A stretch of 64,000 nucleotides of DNA from Clostridia bacterium (GCA_045643205.1 JAZUKI010000003.1:190732-254731); one strand, 5' to 3'; numbered from the stretch's first letter, positions 48,338 through 58,416 are shown. Translations and numbers: made by a program. Notes: generated by a model not told the origin, from the sequence alone.

Positions 48338-48715
48338 ATGAAGCTTTTAGCAATAATTTTTATACTTGTTGTTTTCATTATAATATTAATTTTTTCTATA
48401 GTTATGCAAATGCGTAATGCAGGAATTAAAGTTAAAGACTTCATGGGATTTATAAGAGCAAGTCAAAGTTTAGATGATTTATATGAATTTGCAAAGAGAT
48501 ATGAAAGAATGTCCCCACAACAGCAAATTATATATTTAGCAGAAGCGGAGAGAATGTTTGAAGCTTTTGATAAAATTCCTCGAAGTGTGTGGGAAGAAGA
48601 ACAAGATAAATATGATGAAGTACTAGACAAATATAAGGATATACGAGTAATGAGATGGAATGAAGAAAATGAACTTTCTGCAAAAGTAAAAATGGTAAAA
48701 CCACGAGAGATATAG
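48338..48715 (+). CDS. Small membrane-anchored hypothetical protein
   Basis: N-terminal TM helix, AAAGGA RBS, within the operon. Confidence 0.7.
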   Translation: MKLLAIIFILVVFIIILIFSIVMQMRNAGIKVKDFMGFIRASQSLDDLYEFAKRYERMSPQQQIIYLAEAERMFEAFDKIPRSVWEEEQDKYDEVLDKYKDIRVMRWNEENELSAKVKMVKPREI

Positions 48716-48741
48716 AATAGGAATGGATGGAGGTGAATAGA

Positions 48742-51700
48742 ATGAAATTTGAAGATTTATTTAATGATTTTGAACCAGACGAAGATGAGTTATTTAGACC
48801 TGGAGATGATGATGAAAATGAAGAAGATGATGAAGATGATGAAATAGACGATAATAGTTATGATGATGCTGAAGACGACGATGATGATGATGATGACAAT
48901 AATGATGATAACGACGATGATAACGACGATAATGACAATGATGGTAATGACAGTGATGACAGCAAAAACAAAAGAGATAAAAGAGATAAAGAAGACTCTG
49001 ATGAAAAATCATCTTCAGATAAAAATGAAAATCAAAGCAATGGAAATAAAGAAAGCGAAAATGTAGATAATAATGTAGACTCTAAAGATATAAAAGATAA
49101 TTTAGATAACAATAATTATGATAATGCAGAAAAAAATGCTAAAGAAGCTGGTTCTAATAATCCAAAAGAAGAAGTTAATGATTCTGAAGTAGATTCACCT
49201 AAAGAAAGTGGAGCAGAAAAAGCTAGTGATGATGCAGCTGAAAAAGCAAGAGAAGAGGCAGGTAAAGCTGGCGAAGAAGTTGAAAAAGCTGGTAAAGCAA
49301 GTGAAGATGCTGGCAAAGCTAGCGAAGAAGCTGGAAAAGCTGCTGGAGAAGGAATAAAAGGTGGTAGTGAAGCTGCAGCAGAAGCAGGAAAAGATGCTGC
49401 AGCAACAGAAGCAGGTAGCAGCACCGCTGCAACAGGAGCTGGTGCAAGTGCAGAAGCCGGAGCAGGAGCCGGAGCAGCTGGTGCAGGAGCCGGAGCAGAA
49501 GCCGGTGCAGGAGCCGGTGCAGCTGGTGCAGGAGCCGGAGCAGGAGCCGGAGCAGCTGGAGCAGGAGCCGGTGCAGGAGCCGGAGCAGCTGGTGCAGGAG
49601 CCGGTGCAGGAGCTGGTGCAGCTGGAGCCGGAGCAGGAGCCGGTGCAGGAGCAGCCGGTGGTGGCGGTTTAGGAGCAGCAATTGCAGCAACAATGCCATG
49701 GAGTTTGATTATTATAGCAATAATAATTGTAATAATCTTAATTATAATTATTGTTTCATTCTTTCAAACATTACCAGGTTCAGTACTTGAAAATTTAAAA
49801 CGTACAGTTAAAGAATGGGCTTTAAATTTATGGACTGAAGTAAAAGAGTCTATCGGTATTGATGATAATACAGGTAGAATAAGCAAAGAAGAAGTAAATG
49901 ATTTAGCAAAATATATAAACGATATGGGATATGACATTCAAACTTATGGATTTGGAGATATTAAAGTTAAAAAAGATTCATATGATGAAAACAGAGTTGA
50001 TAAAGAGGTTGAAGATGATGGAGAAGATAGTGAACTTAAAGTAAAGAGTAAATATCTAAAAGTATATCTCGCAGCTGATGAATGTACATATCATTTTAGA
50101 AAAACAAATTTCTTAGGAAAATTATTAAATCTTGATGTACAGCGAGGAATGATAAATCCAATTACAACAGGAGGATTAGTATTTAATGGTGATGAGGATA
50201 AATTAAACATAGACCGAAATGCTGAATGTTTAGTAATTTATAATAAATCACTAGATCTTCCAATAGTAGGTTTTTTTAAAAAACTGTTTACTGGAACTAG
50301 AGCATTTCAGTGGGGACAAATGTTCAGATATGATTTAAATACTTGGATAGGAAGATATAAAAGACCAATAGAATTATTTTTAGCAGTACATTTATCAACG
50401 ATGATGCCAGATTTAACTTATAAAATAGCAACGGATCAAGCATTTAACACACAAGTAGATGTTTATTTTGAACCTATGAAAGCATGTATAAAAGGAAATT
50501 TAACTAATAGTGATAATACTAACTCTGCTTATTTAATACATAATGGTCAAAAGATATACGTACTAGACATAATAAAAGATTATTTTAAACTTTTTGAAGT
50601 TAAAAAGGGATGGTTTGACTCTGATGAAGAAGTAAAGGAAAAAGAGGAAACATGGAATGATTGGCTAGTTGAACAAAATAACCCAGAAGAAATTTGGAAT
50701 GTTTTCGAAACATTAATGAAAAAATATTCACCAGATGCAAATTTTATACAAAATATATGTAATTGGTTTAAAGATTGGAAAAAAATTAGTTTAAAGAATG
50801 TAAGACAAGTTTTAGTAGATAGAGATATTAAATTTGATGATGAAGTAAATTTTGCAGATGGTCACCCAGAATTTAGTGATTTTTATACTATGTTTGGATG
50901 TAAATATGATACTCTAGCAAGTAGTAATACATTTGATGGAGAAGGTAAATTTAAATTACGTGATCTAAAAAATATGATAAAAATATGGAATGATGAAAAA
51001 GGTTATGAAGAAGGGGATGACAATTTTTTAAGTTTAGATCGAGATTGGAATACAGGAGGTGGCTTAGAAGGCGATCCAGACTGGGACATTGCATATATAG
51101 ATGAAGGTGTTAAATTAAAACTTAAATCTGGAATAGATAATGACGAAAAAGCACAAGAGACAATAACGATGGCAGCGCTAATATATAAATTTGGAATACA
51201 AGACAGAGTAGAAGCAGGACATGATGGAATTGAAGGAATGCTATGGCCATTTGTTGGAGAAGTAAAAAATCATTGGTATTACAAAGATATAGACTTTTTA
51301 GGAACATCTGATGATAATGCTACATATAGATTAGGTAAAGTTGGATATAAGACAGTACAATATTCAAACAATGGTGAATCATTTGAAATACCATCTGCAT
51401 TTTATGCGGATAAAGATAAAAGTTGGGATTTCATAGTATACCAAGTTGCAGAACCTCTTACAGTAGGATGTAATGATAATATAAAGAAGGTCTTCTCAGA
51501 TAAGTATTATAGATACGATGGTACAGAAGAAAGAGCAAAATTAATAGCTATGAGTAGGGCTATAGATGATAAAGAAGATGAATATTATTATAATGGAACA
51601 GAGCATGACATTGAAGATGCAGATAAAAACAAAAAAGTTGAAAAAGAATATGTATCAATGCCAGATTCACCAGAAAAAACATTGCAGTCATTAGCAATTC

Positions 51701-52986
51701 TTAAAAATATGCATTCAGTAGCAAGTGATTACATATATAGAGATTTGAAAGAATTATATGTCAAATTAGAATACTATTCAAAAGAAGAAATGACTGAGGC
51801 ATTAAAATTAATGATGTTATGGCCAATTAAAGTTGAAAATAAAAACGAAAAATTTGAATTAGTAGAAACACATGACAAATTTGGAAAAGCAATAGTTGCT
51901 TATAAAGGCGCAGAAGTTTTAGCTCCTATGGACGGTAAGATTACATCAGTTGATGGTGGAATTGAAATTACGGCAGGTACATTGAATGATGAAGCAGCAA
52001 GTTTATTAGCATTTATATTTAAGGATGATTTTTATAAGATTGATAAAGATGCTGTAAAGAATATGACAATAAGATTATCTGGAGTAATAAGATCTGTTAA
52101 TAATTGGACTGAAGTTAAGAGAGGACAAAAAATAGGAACAGTTAATGATACAGGAAAATTAACAGTAACACTTAGACTTAAAGACAAGACTGTTGTTGAA
52201 GATATAACTGAATACATGCGTGAAGATCATAATAATAAATATGAAGAAATAATGCAAAGAAAGAGAGAGTCTAAAAATGGAAATCTTCCTGCAATTCCAT
52301 TAAGAGATGTATTTGGTGGAGGAAGCAGTAATGGTAGTGTTGGATTATCTATAGATGCATATGATAGAACCGCAGCATCAGTTACTATTACAAGTACAGT
52401 TAAATCAGTATACAAATCAATGAAAGAAGCTGGTTATAGAGATGAGCAAATTGCAGGTGTATTAGGAAATATGTATCAAGAAAGTGGAGTACAATCAAAT
52501 GTTCTTGAAGGTCAATATAGAAAAGGATTTGGAACAACCAATGCAAAATACACAGAACAAGTAGATAATGGAACATGGAGATCTCCAGGATATGATGCAC
52601 AAGTTGGAGATGTTCATTATCATTCTGATGCAGGAACTACTTTTGCAAATGATCATGCTGGTTATGGACTTTGTCAATGGACATCATCTGGTAGAAAGGC
52701 AAGACTTAAAGCAATAGCTGATAGCAAAAGTGCAAGTGTATCAGATGTTGATGTACAAATAGCATTATTAAAAGAAGAATTAGATAGTCCATCAACATGG
52801 GCTGGATGGCAAAATGCAATGAATACATTTAATGGTGCAAGTGAAGATGAAGATGGAGTAATGTATTCAACAGTAGCGTTTTGTAAAGGATTCGAGAGAC
52901 CAGCAATATCGGTAGATGGAATGCAAACCAGAATTAGTACTGCTTTAGGATATTATGAACATATTAAAAATGGAGATATGGATTAA
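48742..52986 (+). CDS. Giant VirB1-like cell-wall hydrolase: acidic N-terminus, Ala-Gly repeats, TM helix, degenerate M23-like domain and phage-tail lysozyme
   Basis: IAGVLGNMYQESG, GYGLCQWT..GRK and FERP (Phage_lysozyme2-like); VLAPMDGKI..VKRGQKIG (M23-like); GGAGGTG RBS supports the ATG at 48742. Confidence 0.75.
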   Translation: MKFEDLFNDFEPDEDELFRPGDDDENEEDDEDDEIDDNSYDDAEDDDDDDDDNNDDNDDDNDDNDNDGNDSDDSKNKRDKRDKEDSDEKSSSDKNENQSNGNKESENVDNNVDSKDIKDNLDNNNYDNAEKNAKEAGSNNPKEEVNDSEVDSPKESGAEKASDDAAEKAREEAGKAGEEVEKAGKASEDAGKASEEAGKAAGEGIKGGSEAAAEAGKDAAATEAGSSTAATGAGASAEAGAGAGAAGAGAGAEAGAGAGAAGAGAGAGAGAAGAGAGAGAGAAGAGAGAGAGAAGAGAGAGAGAAGGGGLGAAIAATMPWSLIIIAIIIVIILIIIIVSFFQTLPGSVLENLKRTVKEWALNLWTEVKESIGIDDNTGRISKEEVNDLAKYINDMGYDIQTYGFGDIKVKKDSYDENRVDKEVEDDGEDSELKVKSKYLKVYLAADECTYHFRKTNFLGKLLNLDVQRGMINPITTGGLVFNGDEDKLNIDRNAECLVIYNKSLDLPIVGFFKKLFTGTRAFQWGQMFRYDLNTWIGRYKRPIELFLAVHLSTMMPDLTYKIATDQAFNTQVDVYFEPMKACIKGNLTNSDNTNSAYLIHNGQKIYVLDIIKDYFKLFEVKKGWFDSDEEVKEKEETWNDWLVEQNNPEEIWNVFETLMKKYSPDANFIQNICNWFKDWKKISLKNVRQVLVDRDIKFDDEVNFADGHPEFSDFYTMFGCKYDTLASSNTFDGEGKFKLRDLKNMIKIWNDEKGYEEGDDNFLSLDRDWNTGGGLEGDPDWDIAYIDEGVKLKLKSGIDNDEKAQETITMAALIYKFGIQDRVEAGHDGIEGMLWPFVGEVKNHWYYKDIDFLGTSDDNATYRLGKVGYKTVQYSNNGESFEIPSAFYADKDKSWDFIVYQVAEPLTVGCNDNIKKVFSDKYYRYDGTEERAKLIAMSRAIDDKEDEYYYNGTEHDIEDADKNKKVEKEYVSMPDSPEKTLQSLAILKNMHSVASDYIYRDLKELYVKLEYYSKEEMTEALKLMMLWPIKVENKNEKFELVETHDKFGKAIVAYKGAEVLAPMDGKITSVDGGIEITAGTLNDEAASLLAFIFKDDFYKIDKDAVKNMTIRLSGVIRSVNNWTEVKRGQKIGTVNDTGKLTVTLRLKDKTVVEDITEYMREDHNNKYEEIMQRKRESKNGNLPAIPLRDVFGGGSSNGSVGLSIDAYDRTAASVTITSTVKSVYKSMKEAGYRDEQIAGVLGNMYQESGVQSNVLEGQYRKGFGTTNAKYTEQVDNGTWRSPGYDAQVGDVHYHSDAGTTFANDHAGYGLCQWTSSGRKARLKAIADSKSASVSDVDVQIALLKEELDSPSTWAGWQNAMNTFNGASEDEDGVMYSTVAFCKGFERPAISVDGMQTRISTALGYYEHIKNGDMD
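49430..49660 (+). repeat. GC-rich coding tandem repeat encoding (Ala-Gly)n
   Basis: Repeated GCAGGAGCCGG(T/A)GCAGCTGGT-type units giving AGAGAGAA. Confidence 0.9.
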
Positions 52987-53023
52987 CAAATACAATTACA
53001 AAGGAGGAGCCACTAGATAAAAC

Positions 53024-54112
53024 ATGAAAGAATTTAATTATAAAAAAGTAGTAATAATCTTAGTTGTTTTATTAGTAATTCAGATAATAGTATATGCAAT
53101 TACAAATGCTGTAATATCTAAAAGCAATGAAAAAGAAACAAATCAAAATTCTAACATAGTTGTTTCTAAAGAAGAAAAAAGAGAACATTATAAAAATCTA
53201 GATATTGCATATGCTGATAAAGAAAAAGAAATTATTAATGCTGAAAATTTAAATTATTATTATAATGATAAATTCAAATGTATAGTAAGCATTACTGATT
53301 TTCAAAAGAGTTTATATAAATTGGTTAATGAAGGTTTTCCAACAATATATAATGCAGTAAAAGATAAAAATAGAGATGAAGTATCTAATTTCTATAAAAC
53401 AGATTATGCAAAAATAAATAGTTGTGGAATAATGGATGAAGAAAACTATTTATATACAGCAAAAGAGTTAGTTAGCCAAATATATAGAGGAACTAATACA
53501 TTTAAATATGTAGATATTGATTATGATTCAATAAAAACTAATCAAAATGGTTATATGACAGTTAATTTTAAAGTAATATATAGTGGCAATGCAACTATTA
53601 ATATGACAGCATTTTTAGCAGAGAGAGAAGGCGTTACACCAACTATTAAATTTAGATCAAACTCTGAATTAAAGAAATTGTTTGAAAAATATCAAGGTGA
53701 AATGACACCTAATGATTTTACAGAGATATTAAAAACAATGACAGATTACATTCCAAAAATACAAACAAAAACAACATTAGAATCAAATAATTTCAAAAAA
53801 GAATATTATAAACAGAATATTGAAGAATTCAAGAAAATTGGAATTGTTTCAGAAAATGATTTTATGAACTTAGTAAGAGCTTTTAATGATGAAAATTTAA
53901 TAACAGATGATTTTTATAATTATGAAATTAAATTAGATTCTATTAAAGAACTAGATGATAGTTATGAAGTAAAAGTTAATTTAACATTTATGGGAGCACA
54001 AGAAATTAACTTAAATGTTAAAATGTTCAAACAAAGAAATGCTGAAGGAAGATTAATGGAATTTAAGTCATCAATATATAATAAAAATTATAGTGACACT
54101 AATGCAGAATAA
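53024..54112 (+). CDS. Membrane-anchored hypothetical protein with an internal domain duplication
   Basis: N-terminal TM helix; both halves share DF...L...P.I...F/YYK......GI..E..(Y/F). Confidence 0.7.
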   Translation: MKEFNYKKVVIILVVLLVIQIIVYAITNAVISKSNEKETNQNSNIVVSKEEKREHYKNLDIAYADKEKEIINAENLNYYYNDKFKCIVSITDFQKSLYKLVNEGFPTIYNAVKDKNRDEVSNFYKTDYAKINSCGIMDEENYLYTAKELVSQIYRGTNTFKYVDIDYDSIKTNQNGYMTVNFKVIYSGNATINMTAFLAEREGVTPTIKFRSNSELKKLFEKYQGEMTPNDFTEILKTMTDYIPKIQTKTTLESNNFKKEYYKQNIEEFKKIGIVSENDFMNLVRAFNDENLITDDFYNYEIKLDSIKELDDSYEVKVNLTFMGAQEINLNVKMFKQRNAEGRLMEFKSSIYNKNYSDTNAE

Positions 54113-54152
54113 ATAAAATTATATAAATAAAAAATTAAACAATAATTCAAAT

Positions 54153-54204
54153 AAAAATGTCGAGAATTATCGCAAAACAAAATGCGAAAATCTCGACATT
54201 TTTT
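54153..54204 (+). terminator. Intrinsic terminator closing the T4SS-like operon
   Basis: AAAAATGTCGAGA...TCGCA-loop-TGCGA...TCTCGACATTTTTT. Confidence 0.7.
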
Positions 54205-54266
54205 CTATTATATAGACCTTTTTTAGTAATTTTGATATAATATACATGTTTTGAGAAAGGAGAGTT

Positions 54267-55667
54267 ATGAACGAATTCGACGTAGATAATTCAAAAAAAG
54301 TAATTGAATTAAGATCAAAATACCCTAATTTTATATATAATTCTTTTTCTTTAAAAGAAGATAATGAATATATTTATTTAGACTATAATTTTGTGATTGA
54401 AGGGTTAACTGAATTTAAACCAAGCATAGTTATAGCTAAAAAAGATTATATAAAGAAACCATTAAATAAATTTTCTGAGGCTATGGCATTTAATATAGGT
54501 TTAGTTGAATTAATTTCTTATTGGAAAGCAACTTTTTCACCAAATGTGTATATAAAATGTGGAAACCTAACTGAAAAACAAAAAGAATTTTGGAAAAAAC
54601 TATATTTTAACGGACTTGGAGAACTTAGATATAGAAATAATATAGGGATTTCATTTGATGATTTTATGCAAATAAATACAGATGAGTTTACTAATAAACA
54701 AATAGAATCAAGTGAATTTACAGAATCAGATTATTCAGGTTTTATTATACCAATAGGCGGAGGAAAAGATTCAAATGTTACTCTAGAAAATTTACCTATT
54801 GATTTAGAAAGAGATTATTGTTTAATAATTAATCCAAAGCAAGTTAGTTTAGATTGCTGCTATGCTAGAGGTTTCAAAGATGACAATATAATAGAAGTTA
54901 AAAGAACAATAGATTCAAAAATTGTTGAAATGGGTAAAGAAGGCTACATCAACGGACATACACCATTTTCTGCAATGGTTTCATTCGTAACATATTTTAT
55001 TGCATATCACGCAAACAAAAAATATATTGCACTTTCAAATGAATCAAGTGCAAATGAATCAAACATAAAAGATAGCGTAGGAGATATAATTAACCATCAA
55101 TATTCAAAATCATTTGAATATGAAAACGACTTTAATAATTATGTTAGTGAATTTTTACCAACACCAGTAAAATACTTTAGCTTTTTAAGACCTTTAAACG
55201 AACTACAAATAGCAAAATTGTTTGCAAAAAGTGAAAAGTATCATTCTATATTTAAATCATGCAACGTAGGCTCAAAATCAATTCCTTGGGAATGGTGCGG
55301 CAATTGTGCAAAGTGTTTATTTGTTTACACCATGTTAAGCGCATTTTTAACACAAGAAGAAATGAAAAACATTTTCAAGAAAGATTTATTTGCAGACGAA
55401 AGTTTATTAGAAACATTTGAAGAACTTGCAGGTTACAAAAAAGTTAAACCATTCGATTGTGTCGGAACTTTCGAAGAAGTAAATTTTGCAATATCATTAA
55501 CGATTCAAAACTACGAAAATCAAGGGATTGAACTTCCTTATTTACTTCAATATTATAAAGATAATCACGAACGTGTTGATACAATAAATGATATTACTAA
55601 AAGATATAATGAGCAAAATAATCTACCAAAAGATTTAGATGAAATATTAAGAAAGGCTATTTTATGA
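54267..55667 (+). CDS. murL: UDP-MurNAc-L-Ala-L-Glu epimerase (MurL-like)
   Basis: PIGGGKDS, NGHTPFSA, SNESSANE, NHQYSKS, SCN...WCGNCAKCLF and KPFDCVG; overlaps the murD-like gene. Confidence 0.8.
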   Translation: MNEFDVDNSKKVIELRSKYPNFIYNSFSLKEDNEYIYLDYNFVIEGLTEFKPSIVIAKKDYIKKPLNKFSEAMAFNIGLVELISYWKATFSPNVYIKCGNLTEKQKEFWKKLYFNGLGELRYRNNIGISFDDFMQINTDEFTNKQIESSEFTESDYSGFIIPIGGGKDSNVTLENLPIDLERDYCLIINPKQVSLDCCYARGFKDDNIIEVKRTIDSKIVEMGKEGYINGHTPFSAMVSFVTYFIAYHANKKYIALSNESSANESNIKDSVGDIINHQYSKSFEYENDFNNYVSEFLPTPVKYFSFLRPLNELQIAKLFAKSEKYHSIFKSCNVGSKSIPWEWCGNCAKCLFVYTMLSAFLTQEEMKNIFKKDLFADESLLETFEELAGYKKVKPFDCVGTFEEVNFAISLTIQNYENQGIELPYLLQYYKDNHERVDTINDITKRYNEQNNLPKDLDEILRKAIL

Positions 55668-57034
55668 TTAATAAATTAATTAAGTTTTTTGAAAATAAAA
55701 ATATATTGATTTTAGGTTATGGAAGAGAAGGAAAGTCAACATATAACTTTTTGAGAAAACACTTTCCAACTATGCCTTTAACTATTGCTGATATGAATGA
55801 AGAGCTAGTATCAGATGAAGTTTTAAAGGAAGATACAAATCTAAAATTTGTTTTAGGAAAAACTTATTTAAATAATTTAGATAATTATGATGTAATAATG
55901 AAAGCTCCTGGAGTTTCATTTAAAGATGTTAATGTAGAAAAAATTAAAGACAAAATAGAATCTCAACAAGAGTTAATGCTTAGATTTTTTGAAGTTAAAA
56001 CTATTGGCATTACAGGAACAAAAGGTAAGAGCACAACTTCATCATTAATTTATCAAATGTTATTAGATCAAGAAAAGAAAGTTTCGTTTTTAGGAAACAT
56101 TGGAATTCCTGCTTTTGATCATCTTGATGAAATTAAGAAACATCAATACATTGTTTTTGAATTTTCAAGTCATCAATTAGAATTTATGAAGCATAGTCCA
56201 AACATAGCAATATTTTTAAATATATTTGAGGAACATTTAGATCACTATAATAGTTATGATGAATATATAAATGCAAAATGCCAAATTTTTAGAAATCAAA
56301 AAAGATCAGATCATTATATTTATAATTGTGATTCGGAAATTATTAGAAACAAGAATGAAGAATTTAAAGTTTCTTCAAAGAAAAATGCAATAACATATAA
56401 TAATTACACGAATATAAAAGTTTCTGAAAATATTATAAATATTAGTGATAATTTTGTTAAACACAATGGAAAGAAAATGTATGATATTAATGCAAAAAGA
56501 CAGCTAATTGGCGAACATTATTTAAATGATATTATGTTTGTTTTAACAGTAGCAAAGATACTTAAATTAGATTTAGCGAAGGTTGCAGAAACAATAGCAA
56601 ACTTCAAAGGATTGCACCATAGATTAGAAAATATCGGAACATATAATGAAATCACATATTATAATGATTCAATTTCAACTATTCCAGAATCATGTGAAAG
56701 TGCTGTAAATGCACTAAAAAATGTTGGCTCACTTTTGATTGGTGGAATGGATAGAGGAATTAATTATGAAGGTTTAGTAGATTTTTTAAATAAAGGTATA
56801 GTTAAGAATATTATTTGTATGCCAACTTCAGGCCACAAAATTGCAGATAAAATAGCTAATAAAGATATAAAAATATATAAGGTTGAAGATTTAAAAGAAG
56901 CTGTTGAAATAGCAAAAAAAGTAACTCCAAAAGGAAGTATTTGTTTACTTTCACCAGCTGCAGCAAGCTATGGATATTTTAAGAATTTCGAAGAAAGAGG
57001 AGAAAAATTCGAAGAGTATGTCAAAGAAAGTTAA
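55664..57034 (+). CDS. murD: UDP-MurNAc-L-Ala:glutamate ligase (MurD; probably MurD2 type given the adjacent murL)
   Basis: GYGREG, GITGTKGKSTT, EFSSHQL, HRLE, NDSIST and LSPAAAS...FEERG. Confidence 0.9.
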   Translation: MINKLIKFFENKNILILGYGREGKSTYNFLRKHFPTMPLTIADMNEELVSDEVLKEDTNLKFVLGKTYLNNLDNYDVIMKAPGVSFKDVNVEKIKDKIESQQELMLRFFEVKTIGITGTKGKSTTSSLIYQMLLDQEKKVSFLGNIGIPAFDHLDEIKKHQYIVFEFSSHQLEFMKHSPNIAIFLNIFEEHLDHYNSYDEYINAKCQIFRNQKRSDHYIYNCDSEIIRNKNEEFKVSSKKNAITYNNYTNIKVSENIINISDNFVKHNGKKMYDINAKRQLIGEHYLNDIMFVLTVAKILKLDLAKVAETIANFKGLHHRLENIGTYNEITYYNDSISTIPESCESAVNALKNVGSLLIGGMDRGINYEGLVDFLNKGIVKNIICMPTSGHKIADKIANKDIKIYKVEDLKEAVEIAKKVTPKGSICLLSPAAASYGYFKNFEERGEKFEEYVKES

Positions 57035-57524
57035 AAAGAAAAACAAAAAAATTAATAAGAATAAAGACATTAAGAATGATAAAAGTTTAGAAGTAGATCA
57101 AAATCCTAATGAGAACAAAAGCGATAAGGAAATTCCAATTTCAAGTGAAGAATATGCAGCTAATCAAAAGGATGCAAAGAAAAAACTATATATGCTTTAT
57201 TTAATTCCTTTAGGAATAGACATAGCACTAGCTATTGCATATATATTGTTAAGGGGAATTCTTCTATTAATATTGTTTTCAATTGTTGCTGCTGTTGTAG
57301 TTTTTGGATGGGATACAACAAATAGAACTTGCCCAAAATGTAAGAAATGGAATTCTGTTTCTTGGGTAGGGTATAAAAAAATAAAAAAGGCAACTAATAT
57401 TAAGAAAGTAAGTATATTAGGAAAAAGCAAGACAAAAGAGAAGTTTGAAAATATAAGAAGAAGTACAGGAAAGTGTACACATTGCAATCATACATTTGAA
57501 AAAGACAGCAAATCATTCTTCTAA
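57018..57524 (+). CDS. Membrane protein with a zinc-ribbon-like domain
   Basis: Two TM helices; CPKC...CTHC. Confidence 0.65.
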   Translation: MSKKVKKKNKKINKNKDIKNDKSLEVDQNPNENKSDKEIPISSEEYAANQKDAKKKLYMLYLIPLGIDIALAIAYILLRGILLLILFSIVAAVVVFGWDTTNRTCPKCKKWNSVSWVGYKKIKKATNIKKVSILGKSKTKEKFENIRRSTGKCTHCNHTFEKDSKSFF

Positions 57525-57650
57525 AAAATGTCAAAAAATAACAATAATTTAAACGAATTATGTAGACAAAAGCTCTGAACCATGGTATAATAATGAGTAT
57601 GGACAAAGAGATTAAAGCACAATAGGAAAAAGATATAAGGAGAAATATTA

Positions 57651-58343
57651 ATGGAAACAAATTTTTTAGAGAACAATAGCTTAGTTCTAATGGGAAAAGT
57701 TGCAAATGAAAAAACATTTAGTCATGAGATATATGGTGAAAAATTTTATCAATTTAGTTTAAGCGTACCACGTTTAAGCGGAAATGCAGACAATATTCCA
57801 ATTACAATTTCAGAAAGATTATTCAAAGATGAAGATATTGCTATTGGAAAAAATGTTAAAGTTAACGGACAATTTAGATCATACAATGGATATGAAAACA
57901 ATAAGAACAGATTAGTTTTAACAGTATTCGTTAAAGATATTGAGTTTTTACCAGATGGGGAAGAAGTATTAGCAGATAAAGATGCTGTTTCAAATGAAGT
58001 AGATTTAACAGGATTCATTTGCAAAACACCAATTTATAGACAAACACCATTTGGAAGAGAAATCACAGATATTTTAATAGCAGTAAATAGAGCATATAAT
58101 AAATCAGACTATATTCCTTGCATAGCTTGGGGTAGAAATGCAAGATTCTGTTCAAAAATGCCTGTTGGAACAGAAGTTAAAGTAATAGGTAGAGTTCAAT
58201 CTAGAAATTATGAAAAGAAATATGAAGATGGAACAGTAGAACAAAGAGTTGCTTATGAAGTTTCAGTATCTAACTTAGAAGTAATAAATGGAGAAACATC
58301 TGAAGCAGCAGAAGAAGTTTCTGAACCTTCAGTTGAAGAATAG
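57651..58343 (+). CDS. ssb: Single-stranded DNA-binding protein (clostridial tandem-OB type)
   Basis: VPRLSG..D.IP...SER, TPFGREI.D...AVNRAY.KSDYIPCIAWGRNA and GRVQSR.Y.K. Confidence 0.9.
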   Translation: METNFLENNSLVLMGKVANEKTFSHEIYGEKFYQFSLSVPRLSGNADNIPITISERLFKDEDIAIGKNVKVNGQFRSYNGYENNKNRLVLTVFVKDIEFLPDGEEVLADKDAVSNEVDLTGFICKTPIYRQTPFGREITDILIAVNRAYNKSDYIPCIAWGRNARFCSKMPVGTEVKVIGRVQSRNYEKKYEDGTVEQRVAYEVSVSNLEVINGETSEAAEEVSEPSVEE

Positions 58344-58389
58344 TTACAATAGATTTACAAAATAAATTTATTATATATAAAAAATACTA

Positions 58390-58416
58390 AAGTGCCTATT
58401 ATATGGGCACTTTTTC
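58390..58416 (+). terminator. Intrinsic terminator after ssb
   Basis: AAAGTGCCTAT-loop-ATGGGCACTTTTT. Confidence 0.7.

Noticed and set aside
48794-49699. His-rich, Leu/Arg-rich and QEP-repeat ORFs overlapping the giant hydrolase
   Set aside because: Alternative-frame shadows of low-complexity coding repeats.
26306-54112. Calling the T4SS-like locus an ICE or conjugative transposon
   Set aside because: No integrase, relaxase, coupling protein or terminal repeats are visible, and the flanks are housekeeping genes. Such genes could still lie outside the window.
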